Assembly: GCA_002269645.1 (NCBI GenBank)
Contig: NIVC01003829.1
Span: 1-64,000, forward strand
Direction of reading: 5' to 3'
Origin: Macrostomum lignano
Lineage: Eukaryota
Length of the DNA stretch: 64,000 nucleotides
The position numbers were made by a program, and so were the translations under genes. Every line of letters begins with the position of its first letter. The first letter of the stretch is position 1. Below the pieces are notes generated by a model. That model saw only the letters and a program-made list of their open reading frames with translations. It was not told where the DNA came from and did not search any database. Positions 48,724 through 59,175 of this stretch are shown here, in pieces.

Positions 48724-49790
48724 TTTTTGGTACCCTTTCCTGGAAGGGGTTTCAAAAAAACAGGAGAAAAATCCTTTCCACAGAAATCTTTGTTGTTAAA
48801 ACGAGGTGCCGTAAAACTCGGCGCGGATCAGTTCCGAAGAACTCTGCCGCATTACATTTTTATTAAAAGGTGAATTTACAAGTGAATTCGATTCAGATAT
48901 TGAACGTATATTGTAGTAAAATTTTAATGAATCCGTAAAACTATTTTTAAATATTTGGCATTTTTCGTCGCCAAAAAAGAAGCGAGGCGAAAAATGCCTC
49001 ACAGAGAAGGGATCCGATAAAAAGAGGAAATCTAAAATATTGCGTGCTGGAATATTTTAAGTCCTGTTGAAGGTAAAAAGAGGCTATTGAGTAAAAGAAT
49101 GTTATGGCGTGTATTTATATTTAGCTATAATTGAATAGGTAGTATAGAGGGGTGTAAAGAGTATTTATCAAAGTTTATAAAAAGAAGTTAGATAAAAACA
49201 GTTGGAATCCGGTCTCCAGGCTCGGTGTAGAAGTTCACCAACACGGAGTTGAACTTCGGGACATCGAACTGGGTATCATGGTAAATGAAGTCACGAATGT
49301 CTTCAATTACCGGATGCCAGTTTAGATTTTCCTTCAGCTCAACCCCGCTGTAGGTGTACGACGGGCCGATCCAGTAGACGCGGCGCTGCTCACTCGGACG
49401 ATGCTGAAAGGCTTGAGGCAGCAGGTCGGTGATCAGGCGCTCGTAGACTTGGTCCGCGACCTCGCTCAGGAACTTGGGCGCGTAGATTATCGCACTGTCG
49501 CTGGCGTAGATCGTCTGAGCTTTAAGAGCTTTAAGGGTCAGCACCCAGGAGTCCACACAAAGTGCGCTCACTGACGACTTAAAATAAAATCATGGGGGGT
49601 GGGGCGGCCTAGAGATAAGCAATTTACAAGTGGAATAAACAGAGTCAGCTATGTAGTTTAAGATAAACTAATATTGACTTTCGTAAAACACAAAATCGGT
49701 AAAATCATGAGGTAACACTCATGACGTAATCTTGACGTAAATCGAAGTAAACACACCGGAAACACTCTGCTCAGTTAATCACTGACTTCA
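48724..49790 (-). mobile_element. Internally deleted copy (copy 1) of the AlkB-LINE: 5' UTR + AlkB N-half + 3' UTR
   Basis: 49204-49514 differs at only 5 positions from 55035-55345; 48730-49200 is a diverged homolog of 62670-63190; junction microhomology GGAA at 49204-49207. Confidence 0.85.
49188..49577 (-). pseudogene. Truncated AlkB N-terminal half (stops before the HxD motif)
   Basis: ...IYAPKFLSEVADQVYERL...RRVYWIGPSYTYSG...FNSVLVNFYTEPGDRIP, then runs into 3' UTR sequence. Confidence 0.85.
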
Positions 49791-50268
49791 AGTATCTTGA
49801 TTTTCACAAATCAGGGATTCTCGGAAATCTTTGTTACGCGAATTGATATTAATATGATCGAATATATACAATTTCACTATTTAAAAGCAGTATTTATGCA
49901 CGCATTTGGGGATAAAAAAGAGGGGAGGGAAATCCCGCACAAAGAAGGGATCTAATAAAAGCAGGACATCTAAAAAATACGTGCTTGATATTTGAAGGCC
50001 TATTGAGAGTAAAAGCAAGACATTTAAGTAAAAAAATAGAGATTAAAAATGCAATAGCGCATATTTGAATTTAGTTGTAAAAATAGAATGAATATAGTAA
50101 AGGTGTAAAAAAGCAATTAGTGATATTTGTAGAGCAGTTGGGTAAAAAACACAGTTGGGAAAATTGTAAAAAGAAACGCGAGGAGACATAGAGATTACCT
50201 AATCAGTCCTAATGACTGATCAACCGATCTCTGTCTCAGGCAGCAAGTTTAGTTTTATTAGTTGCGTT

Positions 50269-53090
50269 TCAGAGCGTGGTCACTTCCGGTTTGGGAGGCT
50301 GGTGCCCGGCCTTACCCTGGGGTGGGATTCCCCTGTTTCTTTCCCGACGCCTCATGGCATCCCAGAGGACATTGAGGACTGGGGTTCGGCCCGGAGCCCG
50401 AGGGGCTTCCGGCTCAATGTGGAAGCTGTGGAGCTTGGCTGCCCTCATCTTGAGCAGCCAAGCCACCCCAGCTGCTTGACCCTGTCTGCGAGCATCGGCA
50501 TACCTGCCAGCTTGTGCAGGTATTCGATGCTGATGTAGGATGGCACACCATAGCAGATACGGAGAGCCAGGTTTTGGATTTTCTGCAATTTGATTTGGTT
50601 AGTCGCACAAATTTGGCTCAGGATTGGCGCTCCGTAGGTGAGAGCGCTTTCTCCGTATGCCCTGTACAGCATTCTGAGGGTGGTGCTACTCAGCTTAGTC
50701 ATTTTTGCAATTCTGCACAGTGACATTACAATGGCTCTGCTGGTATCTGCCATGTTGTCCACATGTTTGTTCAGGCAGAGGCTCTGGTCAAGGAGGACAC
50801 CCAGGAATTTCACCTCCTGACAGTACGGAACCTCAGTGTCCCCCAGATACAGTTTGGGTCGCAAGTCCATGCGCCTAGTGGGTTTGTAGTTGAAAGCGAT
50901 TGCTTTGCTTTTACCGGCATTCAGTCTAATGCCTTGTTTACCGCACCAGTCAAAGACTCGTCTGAGGTAGCTTTGAAGGGATGTTCGGAGCCCCGCAAAG
51001 GTGTCTGCTGAGGCCCAGACGGCCATGTCGTCTGCGAATTGACTGCGTTTGACGCTTGAGATGGTGGGAGTCGGCATTGAGCTGACGAAGAGGAGATACA
51101 GGAGAGGACTCAGAATGCCTCCCTGAGGGACGCCAGCCTGGATGGTGTGGGGATCGCTTAGGGCCCCCTCGATTCGAACCTGGATCTGTCTGTCTCGCAG
51201 GTAGTCAGACAGGATTCGCATGAGCATAGGTGGAAAACCATCGGTGAGCATGCTATGCCTGATCTTGTCGTGCCAGGTGGAGTCAAAAGCTGCCTCTGCA
51301 TCCAGGAAGACTGCAGCGGACTTTTTAGCTTTGCACTTTGCTACCATGACATCTTGTGCCAGACGGCACAGGTTGTCATACGTGGAGTGAATTTTGCGGT
51401 AGGCGCATTGGTCATCTCCTAGGGTCTTATTATCCTCAAGGTGCTTGGTGAGTCTTTTTGCTATAAGCTTCTCAAACACTTTGCCCAGACATGAGGTCAG
51501 GCTGATTGGTCTGTAGGAGTTGGGGTGTTCGGGCGGTTTGTCCGGCTTGGGGATCATTGTCACCACAGCTTTCTTCCAGGCGCTGGGGAAAATCCCTCGA
51601 CCGTAGCAGGCGTTGAAGAGGTTAGTGAGTCTCGTGATTGCCACCCCCTCTAAGCCCAGCTTGAGGACGCAGTTGGGAATCTTGTCCAGCCCGGGTGCTC
51701 CATCAGGCCTGAGGTGCTCCAGTTCCCACACTGTGTCTGCCACAGAGAATGCAGCATCAAGTGGGTGGGTCTCAATGGGTTCGATTCCCTCAGGAACGGG
51801 GTAGAATGAGGTGAGCTGTGCCACATCGGCCACCTCACGTTTGAGCTGTTCGCATGTGGAAGGGACTGGGCGCATCTTTGAGTCCAGAGTCTCGGCTAGA
51901 AGGTTAGCCTTCTCCAGATCTGTGTGCGCAGTTGTTTGACCCAGGGTGAGGCTGGGGATCGAGGTTGGCTTAAATTTGCCCATCAGCTTTTTAGTGTCAT
52001 GCCAGAAATTCTTCACTTTCTTGTTCTTGCTGTTTTCAACAATACTCTCACAGACTTTGGTTAGCTTTCCATTCTGGAAGGAGTTAATTTCTCTCTTTAT
52101 GCGATTTGCGAGCTGGTTTGCTTGGGTTTTGAAATTTTGATCCCGTGTGCTGAAGAAGAGGCGTCTGAGTCGTCTGCGCTCTTTGATCAGGTCGAGGATG
52201 TACTTGGGTAGGGCGTTTTTGGCACCACAGTCTGGTACTGTGGAGTCAATCACGGTGTGAATGGCCTTTGTGATGTGATCCACTTCGGCATTGATTTGGT
52301 CAGCATTTGATAATTTAATATTCTGATCTGAGCTCAAAGCTTCACTGATTTTGAGTCTGAACTCGTCCCAGTTTGTTTTTGAGAAGTTTTTGGGTCTGGG
52401 GGGACCAGCCCATTTCTTCGACTGAATATTGAGCGTGAGGATTATGGGTAAGTGGTCACTGCCCAGGTCAGGACCCACCTCAAAGTCCTGCACAAATGGG
52501 AGAAAGTCCTCAGTGGCCAGGGCGAGGTCCAAGACATTCCTAGAAATCAGCCCGTTTTTGGTGGCCAGTCTGGTGAACTGACCGGCTTGATTGAGAATGG
52601 TTGGCGAGGTGGGGCCCTCAGACAGCCAGTCGTGCAGCTGGTAGCCAGCCATGTTGTTGCTGCTGTCACCCCCGAGGAAGCGGTGTCTGGCATTGAGGTC
52701 ACCCATGAGCACACTGCGCCTACGGGAGAGAAGATTTTTGAGTAGGTTCAGGTTCAGATGATACGGTGCTGGAGACCTGTACACCAGAGCAAGAATGAAG
52801 TCAGGACCAGAGTTGTCAGACAAGCTCACGGTGCAAGAGATGGCTTCATGGTTGACATTGTCATACTGCAAGCGCACACTTGTGAGTTTGACGCGAGGAG
52901 AGTGGGCAAGGAGAAGCCCGCGTTTGACTTGCGGGGTATCATACCGAATGATGGAGTACCCGGGAATCTGGACAGTGTGACAACTTTTGAGAATGGTCTC
53001 AGAGAAGAGGGCAATGTCTAGCTCCTGACTGACGACCCACTGTGTCAGCTCTCTGATTTTCGGGTTGAATCCCCTGCAGTTTAAATGCAT
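50269..53090 (-). CDS. LINE ORF2: AP endonuclease + reverse transcriptase; 1-nt frameshift near 50466-50469 relative to copy 3
   Basis: APE LKIMHLNCRGF, ALFSET, MGDLNARH, LDLAL, GSDHLP; [38 protein letters not shown]. Copy 3 reads through the same point (LGVAWLLKM), so the exact C-terminus is uncertain. Confidence 0.92.
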
Positions 53091-53176
53091 AATCTTCAGG
53101 GCTGTGGTTTGATTGTTTGAGTCTACAGTTAACGCACTGAAGTTTCAATTCAAGTCTTGAGTTTAGCTGCCTGAGA

Positions 53177-55345
53177 CTAGGACTCAGTGGTCATGCCAGC
53201 CATGCCCGGCACTTCCTGGAGTGCAGCCCGCACAATGTCCTCAACCATTTTACTGGTTGATTCCACAGTGAGGACCTCCCCAGGCGGTCGGGACAGGGCC
53301 TGCACAACCACTTGAGTCAGAGAGCGGGTGATCAGGGGCAACAGCATGCTCACCACCGACATAAAGTCACTAAGCTGCAGCTGCACCGCCTGGCCGGCAT
53401 CAGCTGACGGAGCAGTCGCATTGACATCAGACTCGGTCTCTGCCGCCGGAGCGCTCCTGGCATCATCGGTCACGATGACAAGCGGCCGGATCGCGGCGGG
53501 TACCGGCACCGTGCGCCTGCCTCGGCGGATCAGCCAGCCGCTGTCGGAGTCGTCGTCGGCGGCGGCGTCGTCGGTCTCACTTGACACTGGGGCAGCAGCG
53601 GCCGCAGCTTCCGCAGCTCGCGCCGCGGCTTTGGCCTCAGCAGCCGCTCTGGTCGCCTTGTCGTGCTCCGCCTTGGCGACGGTGCAGGCTCGACTGGTGG
53701 TTCGGTGCGAGCCGCCGCAGTTGGCGCAGACCGCTGGGCCCTCGTGCTGGCACTCCTTCCAGGAATGCTGGCCGCCGCAAATCCGGCAGCGCTGCTGCCC
53801 CCGACACTGAGCAGCGCGGTGGCCGAACTCCTGGCAGCGCTGGCATTGCAGAGCGCGGACCGGCTCGTCTGTGCGGCTGTCCTCGCAGTTGAACTTCAAG
53901 AAGTCGGTGCAGATGCCATCGCGGAGGCACTTCTCGTAGGTCATCGCCGACTTTGTGAAGATGCGCACGAACTGGGTTGCCTTTCCAGTCGCTCTGGCTC
54001 GGATTCTGTGGACGCTGACAATGTCCAGCTTGAGCGTGCCGCGCAACAGGGTCGCGAAGTCAGCCTCCGAGAATGCGAGGGGCACCTCAGTAGCGACGAA
54101 GGTGCGTACCGGCTGCTGCTGCACTCTGTCGGGCCCTGTTCTGTTGTCCAGCGGTCGGGCTCGGGCTGGACGGCGCTTTACGGGATGCTCGAGCAGCTTC
54201 TCCTCGCGCAGCGCGCCGCCCAGGAAGACGTTGTAGTCCCGCTCCGACGCTGGGAACACGAGATAGGCCGGCTGATTCGCCATCGGCGCAGTGTTGACGG
54301 CTCTAGCTTCGCCGGCAAAGTTGGTCTGCAGCCAGGCAACGAACTGCATCAGCTTGTTGGCCGCGTCCCGGTGCACCTCAAAAACGATCGGCGGGATGGC
54401 AGCCTGGGGCCTTCTGGGCGGCGCAGGGCGCGCCGCAACCTGCGCGTAGGGCCGCGCTGCCGCAGCCGCCTGCGCGCTTGTCGCCGAAGCCGCCGCCGCA
54501 CCGGCCGGCCATGAAGCCGCCGAAGCCGCCGCCGCACCGGACGCCGCGCCGCGACCTCCTCGCCTGCCTCGCTGGTGGCCGCCACGGCCGCGCCGACCCC
54601 GATCGCTTTCGCGGTCTCGCGTCGCCGTCGCCTGCCGCTCCTGGGGCCTGTCGTCGCCCCGGCCGCCCTGGTCGTCGTCGTGGCCGCCTTGGTCGTCGTC
54701 CCGACCGCCTTGGTCGTCGCCGAATGGGCCGCCGTTGAGCGGCTGGCTGTAGGTCGGATCATCCGGCAGAGCTCGCTTGCGCCGCAGCTCCGGCTTGGTG
54801 ACACGGAATGTTAGCGAGATGCGGACGCCATTCTGAGAGTGGGCGGCGGGCACCTGGTGCTGCAGGCGTTTCTGGCAGTTTCCTGCCATCAGAATCAGCG
54901 AGCCTGGCAGCGTTGGAAAGCGGTGCGTCACGTTGCCGTCCCGACGGCGCAGCATGAACAGCCGCTCAGCGCCGAAGGACACGGTCGCGATCGTCGGCCT
55001 GTCGCCGAGCTCATCCTCATCGTCCGAGTGCCAGGGAATCCGGTCTCCCGGCTCGGTGTAGAAGTTCACCAACACGGAGTTGAACTTCGGGACATCGAAC
55101 TGGGTATCATGGTAAATGAAGTCACGAATGTCTTCAATTACCTGATGCCAGTTTAGATTTTCCTTCAGCTCAACCCCGCTGTAGGTGTACGACGGGCCGA
55201 TCCAGTAGACGCGGCGCTGCTCACTCGGACGATGCTGAAAGGCTTGAGGCAGCAGGTCGGTGATCAGACGCTCGTAGACTTGGTCCGCGACCTCGCTCAG
55301 AAACTTGGGCGCGTAGATTATCGTACTGTCGCTGGCGTAGATCGT
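53177..55345 (-). CDS. LINE ORF1 fusion: AlkB 2OG-Fe(II) dioxygenase + RGG/Ala-rich linker + gag-like CCHC domain (722 open codons, no in-frame ATG before the AlkB domain)
   Basis: The frame of the listed ORF 53177-55075 stays open up to the TAG at 55348-55346. AlkB motifs YTYSG, FNSVLVNFY, WHSDDE (HxD), GSLILM, QHQVP (H), RISLTFR (RxxxxxR); knuckles CQRCQEFGHRAAQC, CRICGGQHSWKEC, CANCGGSHRTTSRAC. Confidence 0.92.
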   Translation of the reverse strand, partial: TIYASDSTIIYAPKFLSEVADQVYERLITDLLPQAFQHRPSEQRRVYWIGPSYTYSGVELKENLNWHQVIEDIRDFIYHDTQFDVPKFNSVLVNFYTEPGDRIPWHSDDEDELGDRPTIATVSFGAERLFMLRRRDGNVTHRFPTLPGSLILMAGNCQKRLQHQVPAAHSQNGVRISLTFRVTKPELRRKRALPDDPTYSQPLNGGPFGDDQGGRDDDQGGHDDDQGGRGDDRPQERQATATRDRESDRGRRGRGGHQRGRRGGRGAASGAAAASAASWPAGAAAASATSAQAAAAARPYAQVAARPAPPRRPQAAIPPIVFEVHRDAANKLMQFVAWLQTNFAGEARAVNTAPMANQPAYLVFPASERDYNVFLGGALREEKLLEHPVKRRPARARPLDNRTGPDRVQQQPVRTFVATEVPLAFSEADFATLLRGTLKLDIVSVHRIRARATGKATQFVRIFTKSAMTYEKCLRDGICTDFLKFNCEDSRTDEPVRALQCQRCQEFGHRAAQCRGQQRCRICGGQHSWKECQHEGPAVCANCGGSHRTTSRACTVAKAEHDKATRAAAEAKAAARAAEAAAAAAPVSSETDDAAADDDSDSGWLIRRGRRTVPVPAAIRPLVIVTDDARSAPAAETESDVNATAPSADAGQAVQLQLSDFMSVVSMLLPLITRSLTQVVVQALSRPPGEVLTVESTSKMVEDIVRAALQEVPGMAGMTTES

Positions 55346-56849
55346 CTAAGGGTTGGGGCGACTACAAGATAAAATCTTGGGGGATGGGGCGGCCTGGGGA
55401 GAGATAAGCAATGTACAGTGGAATAAACAGAGTTAGCTATGAAGTTTAAGATAGAACCAACATTAGAAATTATAAATTGCTCTCTCTAGAGCGTTATGGA
55501 CATTCATTCAGGCATACAAACCTTAGAGATTTAGTATATTTAGATTTAAGATAGAACCAACATTAGAAATTATAAATTGCTCTCTCTAGAGCGTTATGGA
55601 CATTCATTCAGGCATACAAACCTTAGAACTTTAGTATATTTAGACTAGAGCGTTATGGACATTCAAGCAAGCAAGCATACAAACCTTAGAGATTTAGTAT
55701 ATTTAGATTTAAGATAGAACCAACATTAGAAATTATAAATTGCTCTCTCTAGAGCGTTATGGACATTCATTCGGCATACAAACCTTAGAGATTTAGTATA
55801 TTTAGATTTAGAAGACTAGCTAATTAGAGCTGGCTGCCAGCAGCCAGAATAATTTTTTTATTGCCCCCCTTTAAGTGGAGCGGAGTGAGTTTTCTTATCA
55901 GTTGGCTCTGGCGCAATCAATTAAAATCGGCAGTGGTTTCTGGCTGATAAAATTTGCATTGAAAAAGGCCATTTAAAACAGTTTTTCGATCCCTTTAATC
56001 CCTTTAATCCCTATTTAATCCCTTTAGCATTGAAGCAGATACAAGAAATTTTAACTGTCTTCTTTCCAGACAATTTTGAATCTTTTGGCGAAAACGCGAT
56101 CAAAATCGGTGAAGAATTGCTCTCTCTAGAGCGTTATGGACATTCATTCAAGCAAGCATACAAACAAACCTTAGAGATTTAGTATATTTAGATTAGAAGA
56201 TTTTAACTGTCTTCTTTCCAGACAATTTTGAATCTTTTGGCGAAAACGCGATGAAAATCGGTGAAGAATTGCAGTCTCTAGAGCGTTATGGACAAGCAAG
56301 CATACAAATATTAGAGATTTAGTATATTTAGACTAGCCATTTAGCCCCCCGCTGGGGAGCCCTAAAATGACACCAATTGGTTTTTATTTTGACGCAAGAG
56401 TAACCTTACTATAATTATCCAAAATGTTGATTTCCATTAATCAAAAATTACCTTTTCTCATTTTGGCAAAAATAAATTGCCATGAATCAGAACTTTCATC
56501 AGCCAAAAAAGGTTCCTTCATCAGCCCAAAACCCTTTCTCAATCAGCAAATAGTGCTTATCCTTTCAAGCACAAACTCTTAGTGCATATCGTCGCTGGCC
56601 GGGGCATATTCTTATCCGCAGCAAATATGCAAATCACTGACGGCCTTAGACCCTCTCTTTTAATTAGCCTAAATCAAAGAATGAAACCTTTAATAAATGC
56701 GCTGGTATTTCCTATTAGCAGAAATCAGCATCACTTGTGTGTACTATTTCAATATCTGAACTACATGAGCTACTTCAGCCGTACTACCTGACTATCTGAC
56801 AATCGCCCAACAACCTAACACCCCTAACAATTCAGCCATCATCCATGAG

Positions 56850-58950
56850 CCTTGTCATCTTAGCAATTCCCCCCAGTAAGCCTTGTCATCTTAACAATTC
56901 CCCCCAGTAAGCCTTGAAATCTCAGCAATTCCCCAAGTAAGCCTTGACAAGAATTGCTAAGAATTGCTAAGAATACTTAGCTAACAATTGCTAATACTTG
57001 CTAAGAATTGCTGAGAAGCCTCGAGATCTCAGCAATTCCCCCAGTAAGCATTGACATCTCAGCGATTCTCCCAGTAAGCCTTGAAATCTTAGCAATTCCC
57101 CCAGAAAGAATTCACATCTTAGCAATTGCCGCAGTAAGCCTTGAAATCGCTGCAATTCCCCCAGTAAGCCTTAACATCTCAGCAATTCCCCCAATAAGCC
57201 TTGACATCTGAGGAATTCCCCCAGTAAGCCTTGAAATCTAAGCATTTCCCCAGTAAGCCTTGAAATCTCAGCATTCCCCAGAAAGCCTTCACATTTTAGC
57301 AATTCCCAGTAAGACTTGACATCTTAGCAATTCCCAGTAAGACTTGACATCTCAGCAGTTCCCCCATTAAGCATCGACATCGCAGCAATTAAACTCGAGC
57401 CTTGACATCTACGCAGTTCTCTCAGCTGAGTAAGCCTTGACATCCCAACAACCCAACTCCCCTCCCCCAAGAATTCAGCAATCCCCTTATGAGCCTTGAT
57501 ATCTCTGCAATTTCTTCATAAGCCTTGTCAACTCAGTGATTCCATTCATGAGCTTTGATATCTTAGCAACTCCCATCTTAGCAAGTCTTTAGTTGATGGT
57601 TAACAGAGTGGTTATTCTATGATTGAACCAAAACTGACCCTAAGCCCCTAACCCTAACCCATAAGTGAGTCTTGGCATGTTAGCAATCTCCCCCGTGAGC
57701 CTTGAGCCTGAGCATTTAAGTAACTTCCTCATAAGCTTTGAAATCTAAATTTCACCGAAAGCCTTGAACTGTCAGCAATTCCCTAAGAGCCAAAGCATAT
57801 AACTAATTCGCCCCTTTAATCTTTGAAATTCCTTGATAAATCATTTATGATTGACACGACGATCGCTCTATAATTAAACTCAAATCCTAACCCTTAACCT
57901 GCAGCCGAGTCACAGCATTTCAGCAACTCCCCCTCTCAGTCCAAGAATTTCAGCAATTCCCCAATGAGCTTTTGAAATCTTAGCAATTTTCCCATGAGCA
58001 TGAAACTTTAGCGACTAACCTTTTGATATCTTGGCACTTTCACATGAGTCTTATGGTTGAAAACTAACCCTGCCAAGTCACAGCATTTCAGCAATTCCCA
58101 CCGTAAACCACAGCATTTCAACAAATACCCAATGAACCTTGACATTTCGTGAATTTCAGCTATTCGCTTTAGGAGCCTTTGAAATCTCAGTCATTCCCCC
58201 GTGAACCTTAGCATCTCAGCAATACCCAAGAGTCACAGCCTACAGCATTACAGGGATCCCCCGTGAGCTTTGAAATCTCAGCTATTCCCCAATGAGCCTT
58301 GATATCTCAGCAACTCCTATTTGAGCCACAAAATTTCGGCATTATGAGCAGGTACTGCAATCACAACAATCCCCTGTGCATTGAGCCACATTATAATTCG
58401 GATATCCCCCCACGATCCTTTACAACTTAGCAATTCCCCAATGAGTATTTAATGTTAGACAGGCCTATTCATTTATATGGTTTACGTCTTACTCTTACCC
58501 TAACAATGTCGGCAATTCCCTCAAGAGCCACAGCATTCCAGAAATTATTTCCATGAGCCTTGACAGCAAATAATTTTAATGAGCCTTGATACCTCAGAAA
58601 TTTCTCAAATGGAATTTGAAATCAAAGCAATTCTGCCCAGAATCACATCAGTATAGAAATTTCCCTCTGAGACTTGACAAGACATCTCAGAATTTCTCTC
58701 ATGGGCCTTGATCTGGCCCATGGCCCAGTAAGCCTTGAAATCTCAATAATTCCCCAGTAAGCCTTGACATCTCAGAAATTCCCTCATTAAGATCGACATC
58801 GCAGCAATTGAACTTAAGCTTTGAAATCAAAGCAATTCTCCCCAGAATCACATCATTATAGCAATTACCGCTGAGCCTTGAGATCTTAGAAATTCTCCCA
58901 TGAGTCTTGATATCACAGAAATTTTCCATACCAGCCTTGACATCTTAGCA
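56850..58950 (+). repeat. Degenerate ~30-31-bp minisatellite (GCAATTCCCCCAGTAAGCCTTGACATCTCA)
   Basis: Recurrent motif, best preserved at 57020-57390 and 58730-58940. Confidence 0.85.
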
Positions 58951-59084
58951 ATTCACATTGAGTATTTTATTCTCGACAGACCGCTTCTTTTATGGTTGAC
59001 ATGATGATTCTTTTGTCGCTTTTTCTTGTGTTGAGTTTTCTTCTGTTTAAAGTAGCATTTATTAAAAACTTACAGTGGTTTACC

Positions 59085-59175
59085 ATCACTTTAGCAATGG
59101 TTTACCATCACTTTAGCGATGGTTCACCAGCAATTTAGCAATGGTTCACCAGCAGTTTAGCAATGGTTCACCGGC
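59085..59175 (+). repeat. Short 20-21-bp tandem repeat (GGTTTACCATCACTTTAGCAAT), ~4 copies
   Basis: Visible periodicity. Confidence 0.8.

Larger units (their letters stand above)
49791..55451 (-). mobile_element. Jockey-type non-LTR retrotransposon (copy 2) with AlkB-fused ORF1 and APE-RT ORF2
   Basis: ORF1 with IPPIV motif and three Zn knuckles; ORF2 APE+RT without RNase H; AT-rich 3' UTR shared with copies 1 and 3; 5' region cut at ~55451 by the Helentron-like block. Confidence 0.9.

Noticed and set aside
53328-54814. Plus-strand ORFs antisense to the LINE ORFs (also within 29191-33755 and 50212-53021)
   Set aside because: Expected shadows of GC-rich coding sequence, with no motifs.
57646-57660. 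CCCTAACCCTAACCC as a telomeric tract
   Set aside because: Only 2.5 units inside a degenerate repeat; not evidence of a telomere.
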